64,000 bases of DNA from assembly GCA_963514005.1 (NCBI GenBank), contig OY740821.1, positions 13,826,001 through 13,890,000 on the forward strand, written 5' to 3'. The stretch is from Raja brachyura (Eukaryota). The position numbers were made by a program, and so were the translations under genes. The stretch's first letter is position 1; each line of letters begins with the position of its first letter. Positions 24,652-37,273 of this stretch are shown here, one piece after another. Below the pieces are notes generated by a model, which had not been told where the DNA came from, searched no databases, and worked only from the letters and a program-made list of their open reading frames with translations.

Positions 24652-24683
24652 GCGCATGCGCAGCAGCCTACTGCGCATGCGCA
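24652..24683. promoter_or_regulatory. Two NRF1-type GCGCATGCGC sites in a CpG-rich patch; candidate promoter region for copy 1
   Basis: GCGCATGCGC at 24652-24661 and TGCGCATGCGCA at 24672-24683, about 1.7 kb upstream of the copy-1 coding exon. May instead be transposon-derived. Confidence 0.35.
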
Positions 24684-24733
24684 GCGCTAGTTTCTTGGCG
24701 GATTTTTCAAATATGGATTGGCATTATTTTAAG

Positions 24734-24767
24734 CAAAGATTATAGAGGAGCTCCTCTATAATCTTTG
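24734..24767. repeat. Perfect 34-bp palindrome
   Basis: CAAAGATTATAGAGGAG|CTCCTCTATAATCTTTG. Confidence 0.9.
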
Positions 24768-24895
24768 ATTTTAAGTGTATCTTAGGAAACGGGGAGAGAA
24801 GAATGGAGCTTGTGTACCAACAACATGGTAAATACATTTCTTGGTGATGTTTTTAAATACCGTATTTCCCGGGTTGTGGGGGTGTACGGAGAGCT

Positions 24896-25532
24896 CCTTT
24901 CACAGCGTTTGGGGAGTCTGGCCCGGGGCAAAGTTGCGGGGAGAGCACAAATGTTGTGAAGGAGGGGATCGGGATAATGCCACTTGCGACGCTCCTTGCA
25001 CGGAGGCGTGCAATGTCACTGCATTGAGGCCGGGGGGGGGGGGGGGGGGGGAGAAGTAGCTCGGGTGGCAGAGCGGCCGCCGGGCCGGACAGCGGAACCA
25101 GCCGCCACCTTAGCTCCTTCTGCCGGTCCCTACTCACCTCTGGCAACTCTCCGTCTAAAAACCTCTCTCCTGCCGCTCGCTGGCCTCACTCATGTCCTTA
25201 AATTCCGATAGCGCGATTGAGGTTACTCGGCTGTGGGAATTTAAGGATTTGCAGGAAGCCGCTGACATGAGCGAAGTCGGCGAGCGGCAGGTGAGAGGTG
25301 TTCCGACGGAAGAGCACTGCCAGAGGTGAGCGGGCCGGCAGAAGGTGCTGAAGTGGCGACCGCTCGCAGCTCCCCGAGCTGCTTCTATCGCCGGCTACAG
25401 TGCGGTGGCTTCGCGCCCAGAGAGCTGCGGCAGTGGTGCGTTACTGGCATTATCCCGACCCCCTCCTTCTCAACACTCCTGCTCTCCCCACAACTTTACC
25501 CCTGGCACAGACTCTCCACACGCTGTGAAAGG
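24896..25532. mobile_element. GC-rich foldback (MITE-like) element, long imperfect inverted repeat
   Basis: Outer arms CCTTTCACAGCGTTTGGGGAGTCTG and CAGACTCTCCACACGCTGTGAAAGG; inner arms TCCTTAAATTCC and GGAATTTAAGGA around ~25220. Confidence 0.75.
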
Positions 25533-26512
25533 AACTGTCCCCCCCCAATTGGTCCCTTGAACAAGTGTTGTCATTCAATTAGATGACAACTGATTCAACT
25601 TGTCCCTATACTCCCATTTTTCCCACCATCTCTCCACTTGCCATCACCCTTCATCCCCCACCCATTCAGTAATTCAGAATAAAGGAGACTAGGAAGCCTT
25701 GGGCAAATTGAATTGTTACTGTCTTTATTTTTATTTTTTATTTTTACGGAGAGAACAATCTGGGCATGCGCGGTTTAATTTTTTTTTAAAGCCGACTGAG
25801 TGCCTACCCTGAGTAATTACTCACGGTACGTGCCTGGTTGAAACCCTTGTGTTCACTCAAGAGGGGGCGAGATGTTCTGAAGCTGCTGTAAGTGTGGATT
25901 TCTATAAAACGTTGAGCAACATCTACCTCCCTTATCTGTACTTCTGTCCAAACGAATTGCAAGGAGCCTCCCAGAAGTCACATGTATTCCAGCCTTTGCT
26001 GCTGTTCCCTTTCTGATGAACAAGCCTGCTACATCGGATCCGGACACAGACCAGTCATTAAGACTTACATTATTTTCAGAAATAATTGAGAAGTTGCTGC
26101 AGAACTCTGCATTCCCTTCTGTACAAATAAACAGTCCAAGAGCATACAAGATCAAAAACAATGGCAATTAAAAGCAGTTGCTTGAAAAGCACAACTTGTC
26201 AGTGACAAACTGCCTGTGCACACTGCTGACTTCTATGACAAGTTTAAACTTACCACTTCTGGATTTGCCACTGGCATCTTGTCACTACTGGCAAGACAAA
26301 CATTTACTACCCACCCTTAATAGACCTCAACAAGTCATCTTCTTAACTTGCACAGTCCTTCCAGTGGATACAAGCCCACAATATTTAGGGTAGAGAGTTC
26401 CAAGGTTTAGACCCAATTACTTTGAAGGAACAGCAATATGTTACCAAGTCAGGATGGCGGACGACTGGAAGCAACCTGCAAACTATGATGTTCTCATAGG
26501 TCTGCTGTCCTT

Positions 26513-26945
26513 TTGCAGGGAGCGTTGCAGAGAGTGGTCAAATCTGCCCAAAAAAAAATCACAAATAACTGCCTCCCTGCCATTGAGGACATTTACATCA
26601 GCAGGTGCAAGAGCAGAGCCTCAAACATCATGAAGGACCCCACCCACCCGGCTAATGGACTCTTTGCCCCGCTCCTCTCAGGGAGAAGGCTGCGCAGCAT
26701 AAAGGCCAGGCTTAAAGCCAGCTTCTTCCCCGAGGCAGTGAGACTTTTAAACTCCCTACCTCACTGACTGAACCCTCACTACCTCAGTGAACTGTCTGCT
26801 GCTACTGCTGTGGGCATTATCATGCTGCTGTCTTTTAACCATGCTGCTTTTTACCTTTTACTATTTATTCATAGGCGTTGCGTTCATGATTTATGTGGAA
26901 GCATGTTTTTATCGATTGACAATAAATAAATCTTAAATCTTAAAA
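26513..26945 (+). mobile_element. Rex1/Babar-type LINE 3' fragment
   Basis: LQRVVKSAQK...RCKSRASNIMKDPTHPANGLF..L.SGRRLRSIKA..LKASFFPEAVRLLN; 3' tail AATAAATAAATCTTAAATCTTAAA. Confidence 0.8.
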
Positions 26946-29009
26946 CCTTTTCCATTTTGGTCAGATAGGTCATGGGTTTATAAGGTGTTGTCCAAAACTC
27001 CAAAATGGTGAGGCCCTTGGCAGCAGGACAGTGCACTAGGTAATGGTGTCATGATGGCAATATGGGCTGATCTGCCTTCCTTGCTTGTTCTATTGTCTAA
27101 ATGCTGTACATTCCAGGAAGCCTTTGCACACAATACAAATAAGCACTCTTCTAGAATTTGGAGCCATTGATCAATGAAGAAAGGCAGCAGCTGGCTAAAC
27201 CAAACATCCAAGCTTAGCTGACTGTCAAATCTGCAAGAACCAAAATCTCTTGAATGTCACTAACATTCAGAAACATTCAAGAGCTAGAAAAATAAATGAA
27301 ACCATATTTGAATATCAAAACACTTAACAAACTTGATTCATTTTTTAAAAAAAATACACGTTAGCTTTTACTGCCTCGGTCTCTCACAGCCCCATGCTGG
27401 AGAATTAATTAATCAACATTATTACAACAATTTTGGGCTCTGCTACTGGATTTCACAAAGAGTTCAACATTGGAGTGCAATCGCTGAAGAGAGACCAACA
27501 TATTCAGGCCTCCAATTCTGCGCCCTCATTCCCCCATTGCGAGACTCATTGTAGCAGAAATAGAGGGTGTCAGCTTTCAATTTGATGAACTGCAATCCCC
27601 ATAAATTTAAAAACTTTTGTAGTGTGTTAAAGACAAGTTGTATTGATAACACTTGCTTGAGACTGGGAACCAACTTGATATCGTGCACTTATCTGCTCTA
27701 AAGTGTTAATACATGCATATTTGGGAGGAGCGAAGCGAGAAAGAAAATCCAAATTAATATTTGATGTCTTGTGTTAAATCAGGTGTGACCTTATCATCAT
27801 CCTTATGGTTCACAATCAGCAAAAGATCCAAAAGAAGTCTTTAAAATTAAGCTTTCCCCATGAACAAATAAAATGCACAAACCTGACAATAACTGTCCTA
27901 AAGTTTGCACTTCAGAGAACAAAACCTCCTTAATCAGGTTCAACTACATCCCATCAAAAGTGATTTCTAAAAAGTGCATATCATTAATTAAGACATCACC
28001 CACCATAAACATGACCTGAGCAAACCAGCCTCTCTGCCCAAGGTAGGGTAGTGAATTTGCAAAATTTGTCTAGTATCCAAACTTCCACATGGTTATTACA
28101 ATAAAATATCATAATTCCAAAATATGGAATAACACCATCCTAAGTAACTATTTATCAAATGACTTACTATATTCTGAATTGCCACATAACAAAATATACA
28201 TTTCTAGCAAGAAAACTGGTCTGGAATTCTGGATAAACAGGAGGGGTCTGAAGACAAAGGGCTCCTCCAATGGGTTTGAATCCATTGATTAAGTGAGCCA
28301 TATGGGCCCCATCAAGACTCGGGATTGATCCCCAGTCTGTGCCAAGTTATTTGTACACGTCCAGGGAAACGGCAACTGTAGTATGATTGGCCTCAGAAAA
28401 CCTGGTGAAATCAATTACTGATTGACACAGAGTACTAACATGTAGAACTACTGAATGTAGATTCACTCCAGCAAATGCTCCATAAGTCAAATTTCTGATC
28501 TCTTACCAAGCAAAAACCAGGGTCTTCTCAGATTGGAGAGGTGAGCAAAAGAAAACAGAAAATAAACCACTAGCACATTCCTCCTGGCAATGGTTGCATC
28601 ATAGGATCCACCAAGGTTTGGTTGTTTATAGTATTTTTGAATACAAGTATCTAATTTAACATACACTTTGAATATGCAATTCCACTGCTGATCTCTACAT
28701 GTTTCCATAAGATTCCTCACAAAGATCAAGCCACCATTTTAGTAGCAAGGAACAAAGGACAGGAATGAGCAGAGCATTTCACACAGGAACTGCAGCTTTC
28801 CCCAAACTGAATTTTAGTTGCCAACTTTAAGCAAACAGGAAAATGTATCTCACTATAAGATATAAGACACAGACAGTAATGTTGCAGGTTTAAAGTCTAA
28901 TACTATAATGGTTAGTAGCGTCTCCAGAATGGAGGCATTATACATCCACCTTCCTATCCCTGAATATTACTTGGCTGGACTGCTAGAAATGTGCAGGTTT
29001 GACTATAAT

Positions 29010-29530
29010 ATAGAAACATAGAAACATAGAAAATAGGTGCAGGAGTAGGCCATTCGGCCCTTCGAGCCTGCACCGCCATTCAATGTGATCATGGCTGATC
29101 ATCCAACTCAGTATCCCGTACCTGCCTTCTCTCCATACCCCCTGATCCCTTTAGCCACAAGTGCCACATCTAACGCCCTCTTAAATATAGCCAATGAACT
29201 GGCCTCAACTACCTTCTGTGGCAGAGAATTCCAGAGACTCACGACTCTCTGTGTAAAGAATGTTTTCCTCATTTCGGTCCTAAAGGAATTCCCCCTTATC
29301 CTTAGACTGTGACCCCTTGTTCTGGACTCCCCCAACATCGGGAACAATCTTCCAGCATCTAGCTTGTCCAACCCCTTAAGAATTTTGTAGGTTTCTATAA
29401 GATCCCCCCTCAATCTTCTAAATTCCATCGAGTACAAACCGAGTCTATCCAATCTTTCCTCATATGAAAGTCCTGACATCCCAGGAATCAGTCTGGTGAA
29501 TCTTCTCTGTACCCCCTCTATGGCAAGGAT
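29010..29530 (-). mobile_element. CR1 LINE 3' fragment, young and open
   Basis: LAIEGVQRRFTRLIPGMSGLSYEERLDRLGLYSMEFRRLRGDLIETYKIL...RTRGHSLRIRG; (TGTTTCTA)n tail. Confidence 0.9.
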
Positions 29531-30633
29531 ATTGTTCACAGACAAAAACCCTAATGCTATGAACTGCTCAACTCACCCATGAAGAAAGTCTCCTTTAGTG
29601 GGACACTGAAGTTTCCCGCACCTATGGAACAGTACATCCAGATAAGTTACTGTTGTCAGGATAGGGTTGACATAAAAGGATAGTTATGGGAAGAGATTGT
29701 CAAGGATGGGATTAACTTCTTTGGACAGAGGGAGCGTCAAGATGTATAACCAGCAATGCCCAGACAGGAAGGACCAATTTTCTTTGCAAGAATAATAACC
29801 AGGTGACATAGATTCAAGATAATGTGCAGAAGGATTAGAAGGGAATGGAGTATTTTTCTGCATTCAAAAATTGCTGACAGTCTATAACACACTATCTGAA
29901 AGGGTGACAGAGGCAGAAAGCCTCATGTTTAAAATGTACATGGAAGAGCACACAAAGTGCCACCGTCTACAAGGGACACAAACTGAAATCAGATTAAATT
30001 ATAGTGCGTGCGCATGGTTACTGGCAAGGAGAGGATAAGCTACATCACCTCTATCAATGCCACCATCTTCTACAATTCCATATGGAGTGGGGGGGGGGGG
30101 GGGGGGGGGGAGGGGGGAAATAAGTGGTTAAAAACATTACAAATATGTATCATGGTTATATTATTCCATTATTAATTTCACGATGTAAATTAAGGATTCA
30201 TCTCTTTTTTCACAAGCATCTAATCTGCTCTAGAGCTATTCTATCAAGGTGATGCACACAGATTATGAATTATTTTATGCAACAGAGAAATTATATGGAT
30301 TTGTTCATCTCAAATGCCTAAAATAAAATGGTTATTACCTGCCTCACTGACAAAATTTCTCAAAGTCCAAAATAAAAACAGAAAATGCTACAATGCTTTG
30401 TCGGCTATGAAGTGTCTACAACTTGAAACATTAATTTCATTTCTCCTTCCACAGCCAATAACTGACTGGCTGAGTGGCTCCAGCATATTTCCAACATCTG
30501 CAGGTTTTTTCTCTTAATTTTACCTTTTGCTTTCATACATTCTGCTCCTTTGAACTTAGCATACTTTTACATCACAGATACTTTTCACATAGCCCATCCC
30601 AATGGTGAAACCCATAACTATAAATACCCATGT

Positions 30634-31196
30634 TGGTAGAGGCAGATATGATAGTGGCATTTAAGAGGTTTTTGGATGGGAAAATGTATATGCTGGGAAT
30701 GGAGGGATCTGGATCTTTTGCAAGCAGATGAGAGCTGTTCTTGGCATCATGTTTGGTATGGACACTGTGGGCTAAAAGACCAATTTCTGTGCTGTATTGT
30801 TCTATGTTTGATCAAAGAATGGAGCGACTGGGCTTGTATTCACTGGAATTTAGAAGGATGAGAGATTGGACAGACTAGATGCAGGAAACATGTTCCCGAT
30901 GTTGGGGGAGTCCAGAACCAGAGGCCACAGTTTAAGAATACGGGGTAGGCCATTTAGAACTGAGATGAGGAAAAAGATTTTCACACAGAGTTGTGAATTT
31001 CTGGAATTCTCTGGCTCAGAGAATCACTGAATACATTCAAAAGAGTTACATAGAGCTCTTAGGGCAAGCAGAATCAAGGGGTATGGGGAGAACAGGGTAT
31101 TAATTGTGGACGATCAGCCAGGATCACATTGAATGGTGGTGCTGGCTCGAAGGGCCGAATGGCCTACTCCTGCACCTATTGTCTATGTATCTATGT
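30634..31196 (+). mobile_element. Two adjacent CR1 3' fragments
   Basis: 30811-31196 matches the 29010-29530 family (GGGGAGTCCAGAACCAGAGGCCACAG...GGCCGAATGGCCTACTCCTGCACCTA); an older tail lies at 30634-30810. Confidence 0.8.
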
Positions 31197-31979
31197 TTGT
31201 AGATTCTATTCTGAAATCGATTTCACCTTACTACCTCTTCTCCCAGTTCCAAAAACTCTCAAAACTTGGCTTCAAATCACTTTGAGACACCTCATTTAAC
31301 TCTCTCCGAGAGTCCAGTCTTCTCTCTATAGACTAGTCTGATGAAAGGTCTCGACCCAAAACATCACCTTTTCCTACTCTCCAGAGATACTGCGTGACCC
31401 GCTGAGCATTTTGTGTCTATCTCCTCTCTATAAAGTTTATTGGGACATTTTATTATATTAAAAAGGTTTGACATAAATACGAATTAATGTACTAACAAAA
31501 AAGAAAGCATTTTAACCGCAGTCTTACTCCAACTATTAATAACAAATATCGAATATTTTGTGACTCAGGGGCAATCCAAGAATTCTTTAAACAATGTTTA
31601 TTAAGTTTGTTACTGTGAATCAAACCACATAGAGTAACAAACTTGCTAAGGTTTCGAAGGCTGTTATGGGATTTCTAGGCCTCGGCATTCTGTTGGATGG
31701 AGCAACTCCATACGCAAATAGAACTAAATCCTGACTAAAAATATTTAAATTATAGGCGTAATTAACAGAGTGGATTGGAACAATTACAAAATTGACAGAA
31801 AACAGGGACATATTTACAAACACGGTTAAGCTCCTTTTACTCACTCCTCCAAACACAACGAGTACCACACAGGTCCTCCCAGACAAGAGCGACTTAGAGT
31901 CAAATAGCTGCACTTGGCTGGAATGCTTAATTTCTCACAATGGGATGATGTATTTCAAGTTAAAGTTGTTAAATTGAAT

Positions 31980-32900
31980 ATCCACAAGATATTTTTTTCA
32001 ACGTAAATGCCTGAGCATATTGTACTGGAATACAGTCCCACCGCACATAGACGTTGCCGGCTGCTGAACAGATGCCTGCAGCGACACTCCCTGCAGCGTC
32101 TTCTGCCGTCGCTCTTGCCTCGGAGGACCAGAATGGAAACTCGTCGTGTTTGGAGGACCAAGTGAGGGGAGAGGGGGGGGGGAAGGCTAAATAGTGTAAG
32201 TGAATGCGTTGTCTTTTCTCCATTTGTTATTGGTCGAGTTTATTCCAATATTGGTAAACTGTAATTATTAATATCCATCTTTGAGAAATAGAACAATGTT
32301 TAGTTCGCATCTGTGCGCTGGAATTGATATCGGTCCGTGTGAATCACTTGAGGCCTAGGAGCGCAGTTGAAGCCTCGCGCCAAGTTCGAGAACTTTCCGT
32401 CGCAACCCCCACCAAAACTGTCAACATCCAGGTTTCCTCATGGCGGTAGCCTAAGAACAAGGATTGTTTAAGGCAGAGAAGTCACGTGTAGTGGTTGGGT
32501 TAAAACCTATGGCCGTCTTGGAAAAAAATGGATTAGTGGAATCCGGACACAGAATGAAAGTCCAATGAATGAACCATACAAAGTGTCCAAGATGAGTGTA
32601 GTTTACCAATCACGGGATTCCCACATAATTTATAAATCCGTATTAAAATATGTCCGTTTTAAAATTAATTGAAGCCGTTTGCTCCAGGCGCCGACCGATG
32701 GTGCAGCCCATCTTCAACCGAGTGGTTGTGCAGCATTTGGTGCCCCGGTTGAGAATGTCGCTGAGTTTGGGGCAAAAGAAGATCACCGCTGTTCAGTCAG
32801 GTGCAAAATGCGTTGTTAAAATGAAAGTGGATATTTTGCCGCCTGCCATGGTGTAATTCAGCAGTGTTTGGCGAGTGAAGTTGAACCCTTCCCATTCCAT
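31980..32900. promoter_or_regulatory. CpG-enriched putative promoter and first non-coding exon of ZC3H10 copy 2
   Basis: Local CpG enrichment; TCTGCCGTC and CTCTTGCCTCGGAGGACCAG...GGAGGACC motifs shared with the 48 kb and 62 kb modules; candidate donor AA|GTGAGG at 32162. Confidence 0.45.
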
Positions 32901-35900
32901 GTCGTGCAGTACTTTCTCCGGTTGTGTTTAACCACTTAATCAATGGGACTCAAACTATGTTCTGTACATGTGATTGAACAATAAATGTTTAACCAGTTGA
33001 CTTTTTAAAAAGAACATTGGCTACTGGATTTTAAAAACTCATTTCCCAATGATCGCCACTTTGACATTATTTACCATCTTCCTCCTTAGGTCACTGCATC
33101 TTCTGTTTCTCAAGAGGAAAGCAAGGTTCACTTGGCCACTTGAAGGTATGAGGGATGGAAAATGATCAGATTTTCTTTTCTCTTCGCTATTCTTTGAGGC
33201 AATCACAGATTTGTATTTTGTTACCATTTCCACTTAGCGATTAACATTGGCATTTCACGATGTGAACACTTTTACAATTCTATTCTTCCTCCCTCTTTGT
33301 CCTGCTTGGCTCCTTAAAACTCTCCTAAATGTGATGAATTGTGAGGTATAGCCATTCACATAGGAGTTACCCAAGCAATCATGTTAAACTAGGTGCACAT
33401 ATTGATTGCTAGAGAGGCGCACAGCCAGGGTTAATCCTCCCTTTGCCCGGTGCCCATATGTGAGACAGTCTTTTGCCTGAGCAGATGAGATATTATACCT
33501 TGATGGTCAGTACCTCATTATGCATTGCTTGGTGCGACACAGGAACCCACTAAAGTCTGAATATCTCTGCGACACTTGCTGTAGGTGCAGGTAGTGCGCT
33601 GAGAAGATGCAAATTTGCTCATCTCTGCTTTCTCTGACCTCATAACTAACTGGACTTGCTGCTTGGGGTTGAGAGGAAAAAATAGATCAGCCATGATCGA
33701 ATGGCCTAATTCTGCTCATATGTCTATGGTCTTATGTTGCTCTTTGCTTCTTCCATTGCCCTTTTCAACAGTTGACCTCTTGAGATCATGCCCACCATCT
33801 TCATATTGTATTTGCAATTGTCCTTGTTGTGGTGATATGGATATCCAACTGGTTGTGACCCCATGGACAATTCGCCATACAAAAATGTTGTTGAGAATAT
33901 AGCTATCATCCATCTCACAAAGATAATTGCTCTGTTGCAGATGTAGTTAGTTTAGTAACAAATGTTTGTGGATGAACTTGGACTATTCCGGGCCCTTTGA
34001 GTACCGTTGTCCTGCCAGAACATGCCAAGAATACATCTGTATAAACGTGGCTTTTGTGCTTTTGATCAGGCTGTATTGCTACACTATTGTAAAAACAAGT
34101 CACAGGCAAGTACAGTAGTACAACATACTGTGCCATCTGTATTTATAAGGTGAGAAAATGATCCTCCCTTGCCTGCTGCGAGTTCAGAATCACAAATTGC
34201 ATTAGAAATTAGTTAGGATTATTGACCCAAATACTGAAAATTTAAAACTCGCAAAAGCACAACACAAAATAAAATTGCACCATCCAATATGTCAATGTTA
34301 ATTTGGAAAAAAAAGCTATGTATACTGTTCTTGGAAGGTTGAGTGATACTTGAAATAGTTTGTCAGATAATTATTATGTTCTATCCATCTTTGAGAAAAT
34401 AGACCAATAATTTATATATTTTATTTCAGTCAAATCGGCTTTCATGCTTTATCATTCAGACAGTAACAGACCTCTTAGAAGGATGTAGAGTCGTGTATTC
34501 CTCTCAGATATGGTGTTATCAGACTCGACCTCCTGAATACAAATAGAACTAGTGCAAGATAATCAGAGGAAAGAATAGGTCGAGACCCTTCTTCAGGAAA
34601 GAATAGGTCTTATTAGAGACCAATATCAGGTGAAGTTATTGGAAATTTGCATATGTTTGCATTTAGAGAGGCACCAAGTTAACCACAGACACTTTGCATG
34701 GAAGACATATGACTTGCGAACTTAGTTGCTTTTCTTTTCTTTTTTTTTTATTGAATAATTTTAGTTGCTTTTCTTGAGGAGATTGTTAAGAGCAATTGAT
34801 GCACTACAAATGGATTTTGGATGGCGTTTGATAAAGTCTCACAAGAAATTTTATCAAGTTGAGCAAGAAACTATATGCTGACACGGTCCAAAGAAAAGAA
34901 GCAATTGAAGTATTAATCTTATGAGAGACCTAGAAAGAGCGAGAGTAAACACAAAAAAAGAATGTGACTGGAGAATATCCATTGGAGACCAATAACTTGA
35001 GGCATAGATTTACGTTGATCGGTGAAAGGATAGACGGAAATTAAGAAAAAAATCATTTAATCAGTGGTGATCTGGAGCTCATGGTCGTCGTCCCCCCTTC
35101 CCCCCCCCCCCCCTCCATCTGTCTCCTTACAACCCTTGTTTCACGTATTGATTAAAAATCCATCTCTCAGCTTTCAACAATTCGGCCTCAATGGCTTTTT
35201 TAGGTTAAAAATTCCCAATCTTTTGGGAGAAGAGATTCTTCCTCATCTCTATCTTAAATGGGCAGTCCTTTATCTGAGACTCTGTCTGCTGGTCCTAGAC
35301 CCTGCCATGAGGGGGGTGTCTTCACAGCATTTAGTCCATCAAGCCTCCCAAGAACCTTGGATATTTCAATGAGATTGTCTCTTGTTCTTCAAAACCCCAA
35401 TGACTTGACCCAACCTATTCCTGCACATCAATCCCTTTGAATGCGATAGGATCAGAGAAGGTGAAGTAATTTCTTTGATTTTGAGGTCCTGAGATAAAAT
35501 TACAGTAAGAAGCAGCACAATCTGTTTTGATTTCTCCAAGTGAGGATGCATGAGTCTTGGAGGAACAAGAAAAAAAATTCACAAGACTACTGACTATATC
35601 AATGTAAATTTAGCTTTTATTAAAAGAAAATTAGTGGTTAAGAGAATTGACAAACAGCAAACTTTTTCTCGCATCATATCTGGAAAGCTGCAAGGAGAAC
35701 CAACTACTACCTTCCTTTTGAAATAGGATCTGCACTAAAAAGTTGTTTGATACACATGATCTTAATAAAGAGCTAAGAGCTAATAATGAGGGAAGAGGGG
35801 TGCAATGTTTTACAAATAGCCTTGCTATTTGTGCGGGGTGGTAGGCATAGTTTAAGATCAGGTAATATGGAAGATTTAAAAAAAATTAAGAATAGGGAGC

Positions 35901-36547
35901 TATCATTGATAAAGGAGGGAGTAATATGGGTCTGACATTGCAATAGAAAAGGAACGTGGATTACATCATGAGAACCCGTGGCCTTTAGTCCTGAAAACGA
36001 TGCAGCTTGCAATGAAGCTGACAATATATGTTGAAGAGAGCTTTTTGTTGTTGACTGTTTTATGAATCATTATTCAAGATTGCTACTTTAAACTTATCTT
36101 GACATTGTTTATATTAAAAGTGTATATTTTGCTTAAATTGGCTTTTACAAATAAAAATGTTAACCTTTTTCAGGGTCTTCACTTCAATAATGCTCCTTTG
36201 TGCATGTATATTTCAGCAGTATGTCTTGATTTGCCTGTAACATGCTAATTTGTACATTTAAAGATATTAATTTACTGTTCAAAACATCCCTGCCATTTTT
36301 AATTTGTTAAAGTCGATATTTACCTTAGCATCTCTGACATTGTACTTGCACACAGATGGCGGATCAAAATTTGTGTTTGAAGTAGAATTTAAACGACCAA
36401 TTCTGAATGGATTATTTTTTTTAATTCTGCTGCATTGCAGAAATTTTCCATTGTAGTTACCGTAATTACATCTGTTGTGGAATTCTATGTGAAAACAAAG
36501 ATCAGCTTTTCAAGTGGCTATGGCTATTGTATCTTTTAAACGTGATG

Positions 36548-36750
36548 GACATAAAAAGCTGCAGTAACTCAGCGAGTCAGACAGCATCTCTGGAGAAAAG
36601 GAATAGGTGACATTCCTAAGGATCTTCTGAAGAAGGGTCTCGACCCGAAACGTCACCTATTCCTTTTCTCCAGAGATCTGTCTGAGCCACTGAGTTACTC
36701 CAGGTTTTTGTGTCAACGATTTAAACCAGCATCTGCAGTTCCTTCCTACG
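36548..36750. mobile_element. Penelope-like terminal repeat, inverted pair containing a hammerhead core
   Basis: GCAGCATCTCTGGAGAAAAGGAATAGGTGAC...GTCACCTATTCCTTTTCTCCAGAGAT arms. Confidence 0.75.
36624..36657 (+). ncRNA. Minimal type I hammerhead ribozyme motif (Penelope-associated)
   Basis: CUGAAGA-A-[GGGUC-UC-GACCC]-GAAA-C-GUC: intact CUGANGA and GAAA core, stem II, and a palindromic ACGU stem III with a GUC cleavage triplet. Stem I pairing is weak. Confidence 0.55.
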
Positions 36751-37273
36751 CTTTTAATGAGATCGGCTGACTCTGGTGAGTTAAATCAGCACTACTTCTT
36801 CATAATCTTCTTTAACATGTTGCTTCAGGAATTTGTTTCCAGTACTGATTCTAACATCCTGCATTCACAAATTACTATAAAAATCACTTGTAGTATGAAT
36901 TTAATTTTTTCCATGCGTGTACTATCTGGAGTGCAATAATCGAGAAGACATGTTTACTTTGTTATGCCGGTGTCTTTTTCAGAAAAACTCAAAGCATTGG
37001 TATTTGCGATATTAAAAGTAAAACTGCCGACTTAATACTGCTTATCTCTCTTTAAATTTTAATATAAACCTTGATGTTCCACTGGTAACTTGCTGTAGGT
37101 ATTTTCTATTGAATTAACGATGTAGGAGCAGCTACAATATTTTGTGAGAAAGGGATTAAGCTAAATTACTTTGTAGATGAATCTCTTATTTATTGTAAAA
37201 GACCTGGCTTCTTTTTCTTTTACAGTTGTTTATTGAGAGCCTTGGCTGAGTAGCGCAGAAATATTCTGGAAGC

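Noticed and set aside
29108-29545. 145-aa ORF as a host gene
   Set aside because: It is the C-terminus of CR1 ORF2 from a 5'-truncated insertion.
30086-30117. Long G homopolymers (also ~25032, ~39219, and C-runs at ~23428 and ~35100) as functional G-quadruplexes
   Set aside because: Simple homopolymers are common in such genomes and unreliable in length; there is no supporting context.
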